From assembly GCA_965214705.1 (NCBI GenBank), contig OZ243972.1, forward strand, positions 2,976,001 through 3,040,000: a DNA stretch of 64,000 bases. The letters run 5' to 3'. The stretch's first letter is position 1. Each line of letters starts with the position of its first letter. A model generated the notes under the pieces. It had not been told where the DNA came from and made no database searches. It saw only the letters and a list, made by a program, of their open reading frames with translations. The position numbers and the translations under genes are program-made. Below are positions 1 through 10,720 of this stretch, piece by piece. This DNA comes from Alphaproteobacteria bacterium (GTDB lineage Bacteria; Pseudomonadota; Alphaproteobacteria; UBA828).

Positions 1-335
1 GCTCCCTCACCTTCCTCCAACCAAAATCCCTCGAAGAAACAACCTTCTTCGTTGACGTTGGCTCTCAGAATGTATATGGACGCTTTGCCTTCATAACCGT
101 TGCTAGGGCCAATGTGGGACTCGTAGTAGCCCTCTACTCGACGGTCTGCTATGCCACTCAGACGATATTCTTTTGGATCATCTAGAGTTGGCGTGTAGAA
201 CAGATCGAACGAAATCTGTTTCAACGTGGCGGGATTGTCGTCTCGAATGATAGGGCGTTGCCGAATAATCATGCGCTCCGCGCGAAGGCGAAACTTGTTT
301 GGTTCGACGGTCAAGTCTCCTTTGAATGTCAGCAT
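1..335 (-). CDS. hypothetical protein, partial (runs off left edge)
   Basis: Hand-translated open frame from ATG at 335 (MLTFKGDLTVEPNKFRL...EGFWLEEGEG), directly downstream of the 346..762 ORF; lower-GC region. Confidence 0.5.
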   Translation of the reverse strand, partial: MLTFKGDLTVEPNKFRLRAERMIIRQRPIIRDDNPATLKQISFDLFYTPTLDDPKEYRLSGIADRRVEGYYESHIGPSNGYEGKASIYILRANVNEEGCFFEGFWLEEGEG

Positions 336-345
336 GACGGCCACC

Positions 346-762
346 CTACGGCAGCGCACATGCTACAAGGTAGTAGTAATGAGGTAGCCCGAAACCGTTT
401 CTAGATTCCGTTATCTGAGATAGGAGCACTCCGCGTCGATCATTCAACCGGCAAACGTAGTCACCCAGATCACGTGCTTGGGCCAAGTGAGATGGATTGT
501 CGGGATCGAACCCGGACGGGTCGAGTTCATACTGAGCTTTATCTGCAAGAAGCTCCTGTATGGTTGCATTCGTTTCCCTTAGCTTTGTAAGCCCTTCGAT
601 TTTCACCCAATTATTGCCTATCTCCGCCACCGTCACCAAAGGTGTGTCCGGCTGTTCCGGCATCTCCGAACGTGCCTCGATTGGCACAAACAAGAGCAGC
701 GCTGAGAGGCAGGCAGCACAGGCAGTGCACACGAGTCCTGTAAGTCTTGTGATTCGACGCAT
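346..762 (-). CDS. hypothetical secreted protein
   Basis: ATG at 762 preceded by CAGGAGAGG; N-terminus MRRITRL...ALLLFVPIEARS resembles a signal peptide. Confidence 0.55.
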   Translation of the reverse strand: MRRITRLTGLVCTACAACLSALLLFVPIEARSEMPEQPDTPLVTVAEIGNNWVKIEGLTKLRETNATIQELLADKAQYELDPSGFDPDNPSHLAQARDLGDYVCRLNDRRGVLLSQITESRNGFGLPHYYYLVACALP

Positions 763-1048
763 GGTCCTCTCCTGTCGGCGGCGACCGACATCCAGAACAC
801 CCTGGTGTCGGGCCGTTGCCAACACATTCCACGGTAGATGGTGGAGAGGTTCCCGCCTATTCACCAAGACAGAGGGAGCTACCCTCCACCCGAGATCAGG
901 CTCTTGTATTCAGCGGGTAGCCCGACCAAGGGGCTACCGTGCAAATGTGTTGGCGCATGAATTGGACCATATGAGCGATAGCCCGTCAACCGACGAGACA
1001 ACGACGTTATGATATAACGTATCCGCGTGAAGTCGCCATGCTTCTCAC

Positions 1049-1078
1049 TTGACTCAGTATGAAAAATCATGCTACGCT
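1049..1078 (+). promoter_or_regulatory. sigma70-like promoter of the transposase
   Basis: TTGACT-18 nt-TACGCT with an extended TG; overlaps an IR-like motif GACTCAGTATGAAA. Confidence 0.45.
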
Positions 1079-1112
1079 GACAGGATGTTACGGTCTATCA
1101 GTGAGGCTCATT

Positions 1113-2039
1113 ATGAGAAGACTATCGACGGAGAAGAGGGCGCTGGCAATCAACCTGATGGTGGAAGGCATGTCGATGCGTGCCATCGCCCGCACCTTGA
1201 AGGTGTCCCTGAACACGGTCTACAAGCTACACGCGGATGCGGGAGCGGCCGCTACAGCCTACCACAAGAAAGTGGCGCGCAACCTGGACGTGAGCTTGGT
1301 GCAGTGCGACGAAATCTGGTCGTTCATCTACGCCAAGAAGCGAAATGTGCCAACCGCCTTGAAGCCTCCACCCGAGGCTGGAGACGCTTGGACGTGGACA
1401 GCTCTGGACGTAGATTCCCGGTTCATGCTGAATTGGGAAGTTGGAGATAGGACAACGCGAACCGCCCAACGGTTCATGAATAACCTGAAGCGGCGTCTAG
1501 GAGGCAATAGAATTCAGTTGACCACTGACGGGCACCAGCCGTACCTGAAAGCCGTACCTAGAGCCTTCGGCTATGACATCGACTTCGCCACCCTGGTCAA
1601 GATGTTCGGGACGGGTGATCCGGTGATTGATCCTCGTGTAGTGCTCGGCAATCCCGACCCTGACCTCATCAACACCAGCTACATCGAGCGATCCAACCTA
1701 ACCATGAGGTCAGAGATACGCCGGTTCACCCGGAAGACCAACGGCCATTCCAAGTCAATCCACGCGCTTCGGTGCTCTGTGACTCTGTACTTCTTGTACT
1801 ACAACTTTTGCCGTCCCCATCTAAGCCTAAAGAATGAGACTCAAAGACGGGTCAGCCCTGCGATGGCGATTGGATTGACTGATCGCGTGTACGATGTAGA
1901 ATGGATCGTTGGTCTGATTGATGCTAGGGCGCCGAAGCCTAACCGGCCCAAGACCTACAAGAAGAGCGAGGCAATGGCCCGTAAGCAGAGAGTGCAACGC
2001 ATCAAACGTGCTAGGGAGGGGTTGCGTAGGGCTCGATAG
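1113..2039 (+). CDS. IS1-family DDE transposase
   Basis: N-terminal HTH (MVEGMSMRAIARTLKVSLNTV), CDEIWSF, TTDGHQPY, NTSYIERSNLTMR, RRFTRKTNGHSK. Confidence 0.85.
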   Translation: MRRLSTEKRALAINLMVEGMSMRAIARTLKVSLNTVYKLHADAGAAATAYHKKVARNLDVSLVQCDEIWSFIYAKKRNVPTALKPPPEAGDAWTWTALDVDSRFMLNWEVGDRTTRTAQRFMNNLKRRLGGNRIQLTTDGHQPYLKAVPRAFGYDIDFATLVKMFGTGDPVIDPRVVLGNPDPDLINTSYIERSNLTMRSEIRRFTRKTNGHSKSIHALRCSVTLYFLYYNFCRPHLSLKNETQRRVSPAMAIGLTDRVYDVEWIVGLIDARAPKPNRPKTYKKSEAMARKQRVQRIKRAREGLRRAR

Positions 2040-2041
2040 GG

Positions 2042-2069
2042 TTGACAGGGAGCCCTGCATATAGATAAT
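2042..2069 (+). promoter_or_regulatory. sigma70-like promoter
   Basis: TTGACA-16 nt-GATAAT upstream of the 2112 ORF; AAGGAAGG RBS. Confidence 0.5.
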
Positions 2070-2111
2070 GCGGCAAGAAGGCCCACAAGAATATAAGGAA
2101 GGTGAGCAGAC

Positions 2112-2297
2112 ATGAACTACTACACCTATATCTTTATCGTGAATGGGAACACTGTCCACGGCGGAATTACGACCGATCCCGAGCGCAGGGAGGGTGAGCA
2201 TCAACAGAAGTGGCCCACCGGCCACATGCAGATTGTCGGTGGACCGATGTCGGAGAAAGATGCTCGGGAATGGGAACGCCGGAACGGCTACTCCTGA
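2112..2297 (+). CDS. small GIY-YIG-like protein (61 aa)
   Basis: YTY...HGGITTDPERREGEH...A.EWE resembles a minimal GIY-YIG core; has its own promoter and RBS. Confidence 0.6.
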   Translation: MNYYTYIFIVNGNTVHGGITTDPERREGEHQQKWPTGHMQIVGGPMSEKDAREWERRNGYS

Positions 2298-2558
2298 TCC
2301 TTTATGTCACCATCGATGCCGGTCCAACCAATCCCAAATAATCTGGATATGAACCAGAAGTATAGATTGGCGGGCGTCAGCAAGAATAGGTAGATTCGAC
2401 TCTTCAGATTGAGACGTTTGTGCTGGTGAGTAGACATGCCAAATTCTCCTAGTTCTCTCGATCATTGGGGCTTGTCTTGAACGAAAAATGCAGTGACTCT
2501 GTTTGAAATCAGGCCAGTTCAGTTTTCAGATTGAGTCACTACCTCATTCCGGCACTCC

Positions 2559-2903
2559 CTACAATCCAACTCCGGATGCGGGGCTCTCTGCCGAACTGTC
2601 GTCCCGGCCGACCGACAGTCCCTTGGCGATTCGCTTCTTCAGCACATGAGAAGCCCGGAAGACCACCACACGGCGCGGGGCTATCGGCGCTGCCTCCAGG
2701 GTATGGGGATTGCGGCCCAGCCGCTCGCTCTTGTCGCGCAGGTTGAAGCTGCCGAAGCCGGTGAGCTTCACCGTCTCCCCGGTCTCAAGGCGGGACATGA
2801 TCGCCTCGAATGCCGCGTCGACAAACTTCCTCGCGTCGCGCTGCGTCCATCCCGTCTCCTCGCTGACGGCCCTCGCCAGATCCGCGCGCGTCAAGGTCCC
2901 CAT
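2559..2903 (-). CDS. ihfA: integration host factor alpha subunit
   Basis: TLTRADL...VKLTGFGSFNLRDKSERLGRNP...PRRVVVFRASHVLK. Confidence 0.9.
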   Translation of the reverse strand: MGTLTRADLARAVSEETGWTQRDARKFVDAAFEAIMSRLETGETVKLTGFGSFNLRDKSERLGRNPHTLEAAPIAPRRVVVFRASHVLKKRIAKGLSVGRDDSSAESPASGVGL

Positions 2904-4732
2904 CGCCGATAAGTCCTCCACCTGCAGGATCACGATACGAAAGGCAACGGAAGGGTCAAATCTCCGTTCCGCTGCGCGGCCTAACGCCCAACGAGGCCCC
3001 GGTTAGCCGGCCGTGTCACAGGTCGAGCGCGCTCACTTGGCCGGCGTGGCTCTGAATGAAGGCGAGGCGGGATTCGGGGCGGCGGCCCATCAGTTCCTCG
3101 ACCCGGCGCGCCGTGGCCGTGCCTGCGTCTTCGGCGACCTCGACGCGCAGCAGCGTGCGCCGCGCCGGGTCCATGGTGGTCTCCTTGAGCTGGGCGGGCG
3201 GCATCTCGCCCAGCCCCTTGAAGCGGCTGATCTCGACCTTGCCGGCGCCGGCGAAGCCGCTCGCGAGCAGCCGGTCGCGGTCGGCATCGTCGCGCGCGTA
3301 GCGCGTGGTGCCGCCGCGCGCGAGGCGATAGAGCGGCGGCTGCGCGAGGAAGAGATGCCCGCCGTCGATCAGCCCCGGCATCTGCCGGTAGAAGAAGGTC
3401 ATCAGCAGTGCTGCGATGTGGGCGCCGTCCACGTCCGCATCGGTCATGATGACGACCCGCTCGTAGCGGAGCGCGCCCGCATCGAAGCGCGCGCCGGTGC
3501 CGCAACCGAGCGCCTGGACCAGATCGTCGAGCTCCTTGTTGCCGCGCACCTTGTCGGCGCTGGCGCTCGCCACGTTGAGAATCTTGCCGCGCAGCGGCAG
3601 CACGGCCTGCGTCTCGCGGTTGCGCGCCTGCTTGGCCGAGCCCCCCGCCGAATCGCCCTCGACCAGAAAGATCTCGGTGCCGTCCGCCGCCTCGCGCGCG
3701 CAATCGGCGAGCTTGCCCGGAAGCCGGGTCTTGCGGGCCGCGCGCTTGCGCGCGACCTCCCGGTCCTTCCTGCGCCGGAGCCGCTCCTCGGCACGCTCGA
3801 CCACGCGCTCGAGCAGCAGGTTGGCGGCGGCGGGATCGGCCGAGAGCCAATGGTCGAAGTGATCGCCGGGGGCGTTCTCCACCAGGCGGCCGGCCTCGGG
3901 CGAGGCGAGGCGCTCCTTGGTCTGCCCCTGGAACTGCGGGTCGCGCAGGAACACCGAGAGCAGCGCGCAGGCGCCTCCCGTGACGTCGTCGGCGGTGAGT
4001 TGCGCGGCGCGCTTGTTGCCGACCAGCGCGCCGTAGCCCCTCAGTCCGCGCACGAGGGCCGCCCGCATGCCGGCCTCGTGGCTGCCGCCCTGGCTGGTCG
4101 GCACGGTGTTGCAGTGGGAGGCGACGAAGCCCTCGTCGTCGTCGGGCCAGGCGATGGCCCACTCGACCCGGCCGGACTCGCCGTTGAGCGTGCCCTGGCC
4201 TGCGAAGGGCGCGGGCGTCAGCGTGTGGCGCTTGCCGAGGACGGCGGTGAGATAGTCGACCAGGCCGCCGGGATAGTGCAGCACGGCCTTCTCCGGCGCC
4301 GCGTCGCCAGGGCCGAGCAGCGCCGCATCGCAGGCCCAGCGGATCTCGACGCCGCGGTGGAGATAGGCCCGCGTCCGCGCCATCTCGTAGAGCGGCCCCG
4401 GCTGGAAGCGCAGCCCATCGCCGAAGATCTCGGGATCGGGTCGGAAGCGCACCAGCGTGCCGCGCCGGTTGGTGACAGGGCCCGCGTCCTCCAGCGGGCC
4501 GGTGGGGAGGCCCCGGGCATAGGCCTGCCGCCACAGCCGCTTGTCGCGTGCGACCTCGACCGTCAGTGATTCCGAGAGCGCGTTGACCACGGAGAGTCCG
4601 ACCCCGTGCAGGCCGCCCGAGGTCGCGTACACCTTGTCGCCAAACTTGCGGCCGGAGTGCAGCGTGGTGAGAATCACCTGCAGCGCCGAGACGTTCTCGT
4701 ACCTGGGGTGCGGGTCGACGGGGATGCCCCGG

Positions 4733-6850
4733 CAGGACTATCCCACGCTCCCCAAATGCGGACGATCTGGGCCGCGTTCGGGCGATTTCGGGTGTTGCGG
4801 CTCCCGCGCGATAGCCCGATTCGCAGGCTCACGGCTCTCGGTTCGGGCGAGACGTTGGCTTGGCCGCAATGAACGTCAGTGCTGACAGCTGAGCGGTGAC
4901 GAGGTTGCACACCGCCATTGTCTGCCGTCCGGATCGGACGGCGTGGTGGCGCTCAGGGGGAAAGGATCGCGGCGAAGGCGTCCTCGCGCTGGAGCGCGAA
5001 GTGGCGGGTTGCCGAGGCGACGCTGTCGAAGTCGGTTTTGTGGATGATGAGCGCGATCGCGATGTTGGTGCAGAGCGCGTTGTTCTCGGGCGCGAAGCCG
5101 GTGCGCGCGAGGCACGCGTCCTCGTCGAAGAGCTTGTCCCTGACGTGGTGGTTGACCTCGACCGACCAGTGGCCGCGGTTCCAGGCGAGAAGGTCCTTTG
5201 GCGAGGCGCGCTCTGCCGGCACCGAGGTGATGCCGTAGGCGTGCTCGATGCTGGTCTCGCCTGTGCCGTTGCGCCGTGCGTCGGTGCGCTTGCGGGTGAC
5301 ACGGAAGATCTGCGCGACATGAGGATAGTTGATCAGGCCTGGAAGCGGGGTCAGGGTCTCGATGCGGCGTTGCTCGATGCGGCCATGGGCCTTGGCGACA
5401 TCTTCCTCGAAGTGTCCGCTCGCGTCGCGCTCCCAGTCGATGGAGGCGAGGGTCTCGCAGGTCTCGGGCGCGTTTTCCTTGACCGTCAATGAGATAGTCG
5501 GCGCCGTGGGTTTCCTTGATGGTGCGCGCGGTGTCGCGGGTGGTGTGAAGCGCGTCGATGGTGATCACGCGGCCTTCGACGGGAACCTCGTCGAGCAGCG
5601 CGCACACGGCCGCGATCTCGCCGCCTGAGTCGTTGAAGGCGAGGCTTGCGAGCGGCGCGCCGGTTGCGTGGTCGACCAGGGTCGCGGTCTCGTGGTGGCC
5701 CTCGCCGTTGCGGTTGGCGCCGCGAATGCGCTTGCCGTCGAGCGCGATCGCACGGCCAAGGTTCAGTCTCGGCATCGAGAAGCGTTGCAGCGCCGCCTCG
5801 ATCTGCTCGGGGTCGAGGGAGGCGATGACCCGGTGCAGGGTCGACTTCGAGACCGGCACGTAGAGGCCGGTCTTCGGGTTCTTCCAGGCGCCGAGCGCTT
5901 CCAGTTCCCGCTGCGCCAGCTTGCTCGCATACTCGGCGGCGGCGACGGGACCGCGCATGTTGGCGAGCCTTGCGAGGATATAGACCGCGAGCGTGGTTGC
6001 GACGCTGTGCTTGCGCCCCTGGCCGCGCCGGAAGTCCTCGATCCCGTCGAGTTCCTGGTAGAGCGAGCGCAGTTCGCTCGGCGCCCTGCCGGCGTGGCCC
6101 TTGGGCTCCCAGCTTGCGGGCAGCGGGCGGGGCGCGCTGAGCCGCCGGCGGGCATCGCGGCGCAGGGGATAGACATAGAGCCGCTTGGGCTCGCCGTGGG
6201 GGTCGGTGTAGCGGCCGTTGTGGCGGGCAAAGCCCCTGGTGTCGCCGAGATAATGCCAGTTGGCGGCCTCGTAGATCGTGCCCTCGAAGAGCGCCGGGTT
6301 CACGAAGGTCTCCGCGATCAGAATCGGATGCCCATAACAGGACTGCCAGTCGTCGCCGAGGCGGCGCAGCATCGCGGCGATCGCGAACGAGGCAAGACAC
6401 GGAAAGACGCGCTTCGCGCCGAGGATGACGAAGCGGGTGTTGTTCGCGATCAGATGCAGGCGCTGGAACTGCTGCGCCGCCGACCACCCGATCCAGCGGT
6501 CGCGGTGCCTGCTCTTGAAGGCGCCGGCTTGCCACCCGGCAAGCGCGATCCACAACCCGCACCATTCGACGATGTAGCGCAGGCCGCGTCCGGCGAAGCG
6601 CTTGAAGCCGAGGTAATGGTGCCGCTCGACCGCCGCATCCCACTGCACGCGTTCATTCGGCTCCGCGAGGCGGACCACGACATCGGCAAGCGAGAAGCCG
6701 TCCGGCGCGCTCTCGAAGAAGGGTCTGCCATCCGCTCGGTGGCCCATGCCGCCATGACTAATCGAACCGGCGGCGAAAAGCCAGCGGAAAATGCAACTAC
6801 CTCGATTGGAAGCTCAAATCGTCAACGAAACCTAGCGTGGGATGGCCCTG
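4733..6850 (-). mobile_element. ISAs1-family insertion sequence
   Basis: 17-bp IRs CAGGACTATCCCACGCT / CAGGGCCATCCCACGCT; TSD GATGCCCCGG at 4723-4732 and 6851-6860. Confidence 0.92.
4953..6747 (-). pseudogene. DUF4338 (DruA-like)-ISAs1 transposase fusion, frameshifted near 5488
   Basis: HHYLGF..RDRWIGW..IANNTRF..ETFV..YEAANW, then ALDGK, TIDALHT; second frame carries TVKENA, HGRIEQR, RGHWSVE. Confidence 0.8.
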
Positions 6851-7646
6851 GATGCCCCGGCCGTTGTCCTTGACCGAGGCCGAGCCGTCGTCGTGGAGCG
6901 CGATCTCGATCCGGCTCGCGTGGCCGGCGATGGCCTCGTCCATCGCGTTGTCGATGAGCTCGGCCTGCAGGTGGTGCAGCGCCCGCTGATCGGTGCCGCC
7001 GACATACATGCCGGGGCGGCGGCGCACCGGCTCCAGCCCCTCCAGAATCTCGATGTCGTGCGCAGTGTAGTCGCCGTTGGCGGGCGGCGCGGGCTGGGCC
7101 GCGGGCGCCCTCGCCTTGGGTTCCCGGCCGGGCGCGCGCGCAGCCTTGCGTTGAGGCTTGCGCTTCCTGGCTGGAGCGCTCTCGTCGAGCCCTGCGAAGA
7201 GATCGAGGTTATCGGCCATGAGGATCGAACCTCTCCGCCTGCGAACAGGCCACTCGGCCGGACCGGCGTCCGCACTGAACGGAGCACCGGGTTCCCTCGC
7301 GCACGCAGCCCCGTATCATCCTCCGAATCGCCGGTTCGGCGCCCGAAGCTATAGGCGAGGGTCCGGTGGGTGGGATACAAGGAGGCGTCCATCTCGCGAT
7401 GAGGGCCTGCCACGTGCCCGCAACAGGCCGACCCGCCTTGAGTACAGACCTCTCGCTGGCGGAGCGGCGAGGTTCTACCTCCGATGCCGGAAAGCCCGGC
7501 AGCAGTGAAGGGATCGCCGCCCGATGCAGGACCGGCAGACCACCAGGCCCTCCTCCGTTGCGAAGATCCTCCTTCGCCACATCGCGGCACCCTCGCTTTT
7601 CCGATAACCTTCCCGGCGGGCGATCCGGGCGCGGGAGGCGGGGGCC

Positions 7647-8036
7647 ATGAACGAAAGTGAGCGACAGACCTTGTCGATCGTGGCCAAGCTGATGGCCCTG
7701 ACCTGCGTCCGCAACACGAAGCTCGAGGACATCCACGCCGGCATCGTCCCAGTCACCCGCTCCGGGGACTACTCCGACGTGACGGTCGTCGACGCCGACG
7801 GGCAGCGGATACCGTGGCCGCGCGTGTCCCATTTCGACGACGACGCGATGCGCGATCTGATGCGGCAAGTTGTCGACCGCCTCTACACGTTCCATGCGAA
7901 GATCGACGATCCGCAATTCCAGGCCATGCTGGGGTTCTGGGAATCCTCCGTCCGGGCGTGGGACGAGCCGAAGCTGGACGCCGACTTGATGGTGCCTCTC
8001 AAGCCTCCCGGAAGAACGGACGGCGATGATGACTGA
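7647..8036 (+). CDS. hypothetical protein
   Basis: 129-aa ORF with GGGAGG RBS and protein-like composition. Confidence 0.7.
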   Translation: MNESERQTLSIVAKLMALTCVRNTKLEDIHAGIVPVTRSGDYSDVTVVDADGQRIPWPRVSHFDDDAMRDLMRQVVDRLYTFHAKIDDPQFQAMLGFWESSVRAWDEPKLDADLMVPLKPPGRTDGDDD

Positions 8037-8214
8037 TTCCCCACTATCGGCCGCCTGCGGCACCGCCAGTCCCGGGAAGGCGAACAGGCACAGTTCCCGG
8101 AGGCGCCGGGCGGCTTCCTGTCTCCGGCTGCCCTGCACCGGGCGGTGCACGTTCCGGCCGCAGTGTTCGCAAGTTGCCGGCGGCACTTTCAGGGACTGAC
8201 GGGAAAGCGGACCC

Positions 8215-9807
8215 ATGCCGGACGACGATACCGGCCCCGATTGGCTGGACGAGCTCGCAGGCGACGATGCCGAGGCCGCGATGCGCGCTGCGATGGACCA
8301 CGCCCCGGCGCTCCTGGGAGCGCCGGGGATCACAACTGCGCTGCTTCTGGACCCCCGGTGGGACCCGGAGCGGCGAATGCGCCTGTTCGAGGCCCTGGTC
8401 GAGCACGCCCGGCTGGACCGGGAGAGCGGGGGGCGCCTGGGCGAGCGCTTCCTGGCAGAGGCGCAGGGGACGATCGACGGGCTGGCCGCGTCCGGGGGCC
8501 TCGATCTTGAGACCGCCCTGTCGCTCGCGCGCGCCTACGCCCGCGCCGAGATCGACGCGCCCGAGGCCCTGGCCTCGTTCCTCCTTGCCTCCATCGCGGA
8601 CGAGGCGGAGAGCCGCGGCTGTCCCGGCGACCTCGACGCCGAGCTCGACGGCCTGCGGCGGCAGGCGGAGGGCGACACCTATCGTCTGTACGCGATGCTG
8701 GAAGACCTGCTGGGCCTGCTTCCCGCGCCGCTCCGGCCGGGCTTCGTGCACCGTGTCGCGGGCCGGGACGAGGCGTGGTGCGGCCGTCTTGCGCTCTACT
8801 GGCTTCTGCATACGGCGTCGGAGGTCCGTCTCGCCGCCGCCGGGGGGCTGGGGGAGCGCGCGCGGCGGGGCACCCTCGACCCCGGTTCGGCGGCGGCGCT
8901 GCCCCTCATCCGGAGCTGGCTTCCCGCCGACGGCACGCGCCCGCTTCTCGACACGGCGCTACGCGAGGCGCGGCAGCGCGGCCCGGTGGGACCGCTGGAG
9001 GAACATGGCCTGCGCCGGTTGCAGCTGTTCGGCACGGTGCCGGACGGCACGGGCGGCCAGTCCTTCGCGGCGGCGCTCGAGGGCGGGAACGGCCCCGCTG
9101 CGGCGCTGGTGCTGCTCAAGACAGGCGAGGGAGTGAAGGACGCCTTCCTGGCGCAGGGGAACGGTATCGAGGACGTCGTGCCGTCTCACGTCGCCGAGTC
9201 CGGCGGCTTCGAGGTGGCCTGGCCGGCGCTTGAGACGGTCTTGGCAGTTGCGCTGGCGGACGGGCTGCTCACCGGGCGCCCGCCGGCGCCGGGACTGCTG
9301 GATGTGGCGGGCGCCTTTGGTCTCGCCGACCTGCGGCCCCGGCCGATGGGCGTGCCGGAATGGACGGCCCTCGCCGATCCCGGCGGCGAGGTCGCCGGGC
9401 TCTCGGCCCGCGAGCGGAGAGTTCTGGTCGGCCGCAGCGCGCAGTGGCCGCTCGACCACGCGCTCGTGTCCACCTGGAGCGAGGGCACGGCTGTGGTGGA
9501 CGAGGCGCTGGATGACGCGCCCGGCCCGCGGCAGCTGGAAGCGGCGCTGTGGACCCGCCTGGAGGAGCGTCGCGACTACTGGGCGCTTCTCATGCTGAGG
9601 ACGGCGCATGTCCTGAGGGCCGGCAGCAGGGGCGGGGAGTGGCGGTCCTTCGCAGCGACGGCGGACGCACTGCTCGACGGCTGGGCGCTGAAGAAGGTGC
9701 CGATCATGGAGCACGTCCTCTCCGCCAGCATCGCGGCCTGGCAGATGGAGGAATACGGTTTCGCGATAGGGCTTCCGGACGAGGACGCCTGGCCGGACGC
9801 CGAGTAG
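8215..9807 (+). CDS. hypothetical protein (530 aa, predicted helical)
   Basis: Long ORF with high third-position GC and protein-like composition; no motif recognised. Confidence 0.75.
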   Translation: MPDDDTGPDWLDELAGDDAEAAMRAAMDHAPALLGAPGITTALLLDPRWDPERRMRLFEALVEHARLDRESGGRLGERFLAEAQGTIDGLAASGGLDLETALSLARAYARAEIDAPEALASFLLASIADEAESRGCPGDLDAELDGLRRQAEGDTYRLYAMLEDLLGLLPAPLRPGFVHRVAGRDEAWCGRLALYWLLHTASEVRLAAAGGLGERARRGTLDPGSAAALPLIRSWLPADGTRPLLDTALREARQRGPVGPLEEHGLRRLQLFGTVPDGTGGQSFAAALEGGNGPAAALVLLKTGEGVKDAFLAQGNGIEDVVPSHVAESGGFEVAWPALETVLAVALADGLLTGRPPAPGLLDVAGAFGLADLRPRPMGVPEWTALADPGGEVAGLSARERRVLVGRSAQWPLDHALVSTWSEGTAVVDEALDDAPGPRQLEAALWTRLEERRDYWALLMLRTAHVLRAGSRGGEWRSFAATADALLDGWALKKVPIMEHVLSASIAAWQMEEYGFAIGLPDEDAWPDAE

Positions 9808-10291
9808 GAAGCGCGCAGCGGCTGCGGCCGGGCGGTGGGGACTCGGACCGTCGGCGCCGCCGCACCGGCATCTCCGGGCGGGATCGGACCGTGGGCAGAG
9901 TCCGGCATCCGTGGCCTGCGTCCGCCGCGAGCAATCCGCCTCTCACCTGCACAGCATCCCCGGCAAACTACCCGCGCCCATCCATTGAGCAGACCGTGAC
10001 GCTGACGCACCTGTGCCTCCCTCCCACTCTTCGGCCGCCGAACATCCGATTCGCAATTCACCGACGCGGTCGCCCGCGCTCACGGCCCGCGGCGTGGCGG
10101 CGACGGCCGGCGGCAACGCGGGACCGGTTGCCGCCAGCGATCCCTCGGGCCTGGTTGTGTACCTGCCGGCCGAGAAGAGGTTCCCGGAGCGGGAAGACGC
10201 CGGTGGGGCTCCGGTAGGGACCAGCGTCCCTTGGCGCCCGCTCGCCGGCGTAGAATGCAGCCGCTCCACCAGATCATCGGAGGTCCAGCAC

Positions 10292-10633
10292 ATGGCAACT
10301 TCAACTCCCCGCAAGGCCACCGCGCTCAAGGAAGCGATGACCAAGACGCAGCTGCTGGCCTCGCTCTCGGAGTCGACCGGGCTTCCGAAGAAGGACGTCG
10401 CTGCGGTGCTCGACGAACTGGGCATTCTCATCGAGCGCCACATCAAGAAGCGCGCCGTCGGCACCTTCACGCTTCCCGGCTTGCTCAGGATCGTGCGTGT
10501 GCGCAAGCCTGCCACCAAGGCGCGGACGATGATCTCGCCGCGCACGGGCGAGGAGATACAGGTGGCCGCAAAGCCAGCGTCCACGGCGGTCAAGGTCCGC
10601 GTCCTGGCGGGCCTCAAGCGGATGGTGGAATAG
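10292..10633 (+). CDS. HU-family DNA-binding protein
   Basis: GGAGG RBS; MTKTQL..L...TGL.KKDV..FTLPGL..KPATKAR...PRTGEEI. Confidence 0.88.
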   Translation: MATSTPRKATALKEAMTKTQLLASLSESTGLPKKDVAAVLDELGILIERHIKKRAVGTFTLPGLLRIVRVRKPATKARTMISPRTGEEIQVAAKPASTAVKVRVLAGLKRMVE

Positions 10634-10720
10634 CTCTACGCCACCCTGCCGAATCGGCGCTCGCGTTCCGGCCGTACATCCCGGCATGTGAGACGTACCG
10701 GCGCGCGGTGGCGTTCCGCC

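Larger units (their letters stand above)
1049..2543 (+). mobile_element. IS1-family element with passenger gene(s); left end not found, possibly outside the window
   Basis: Right end TTTCAGATTGAGTCACTACC (2524-2543; reverse complement starts GGTAGT); IS1-type transposase; GC content rises sharply after 2543. Confidence 0.6.
3016..7219 (-). pseudogene. parE: DNA topoisomerase IV subunit B interrupted by ISAs1
   Basis: 5' part [20 protein letters not shown] (6851-7219); 3' part PVDPHP..EGDSAGGSAKQAR, LPLRGKILNV, MTDADVDGAHI (3016-4732); 10-bp target duplication at the junctions. Confidence 0.9.

Noticed and set aside
4953-6747. Complete Druantia defence system
   Set aside because: Only a DUF4338-like domain inside an IS; no DruE helicase or partner genes in the window
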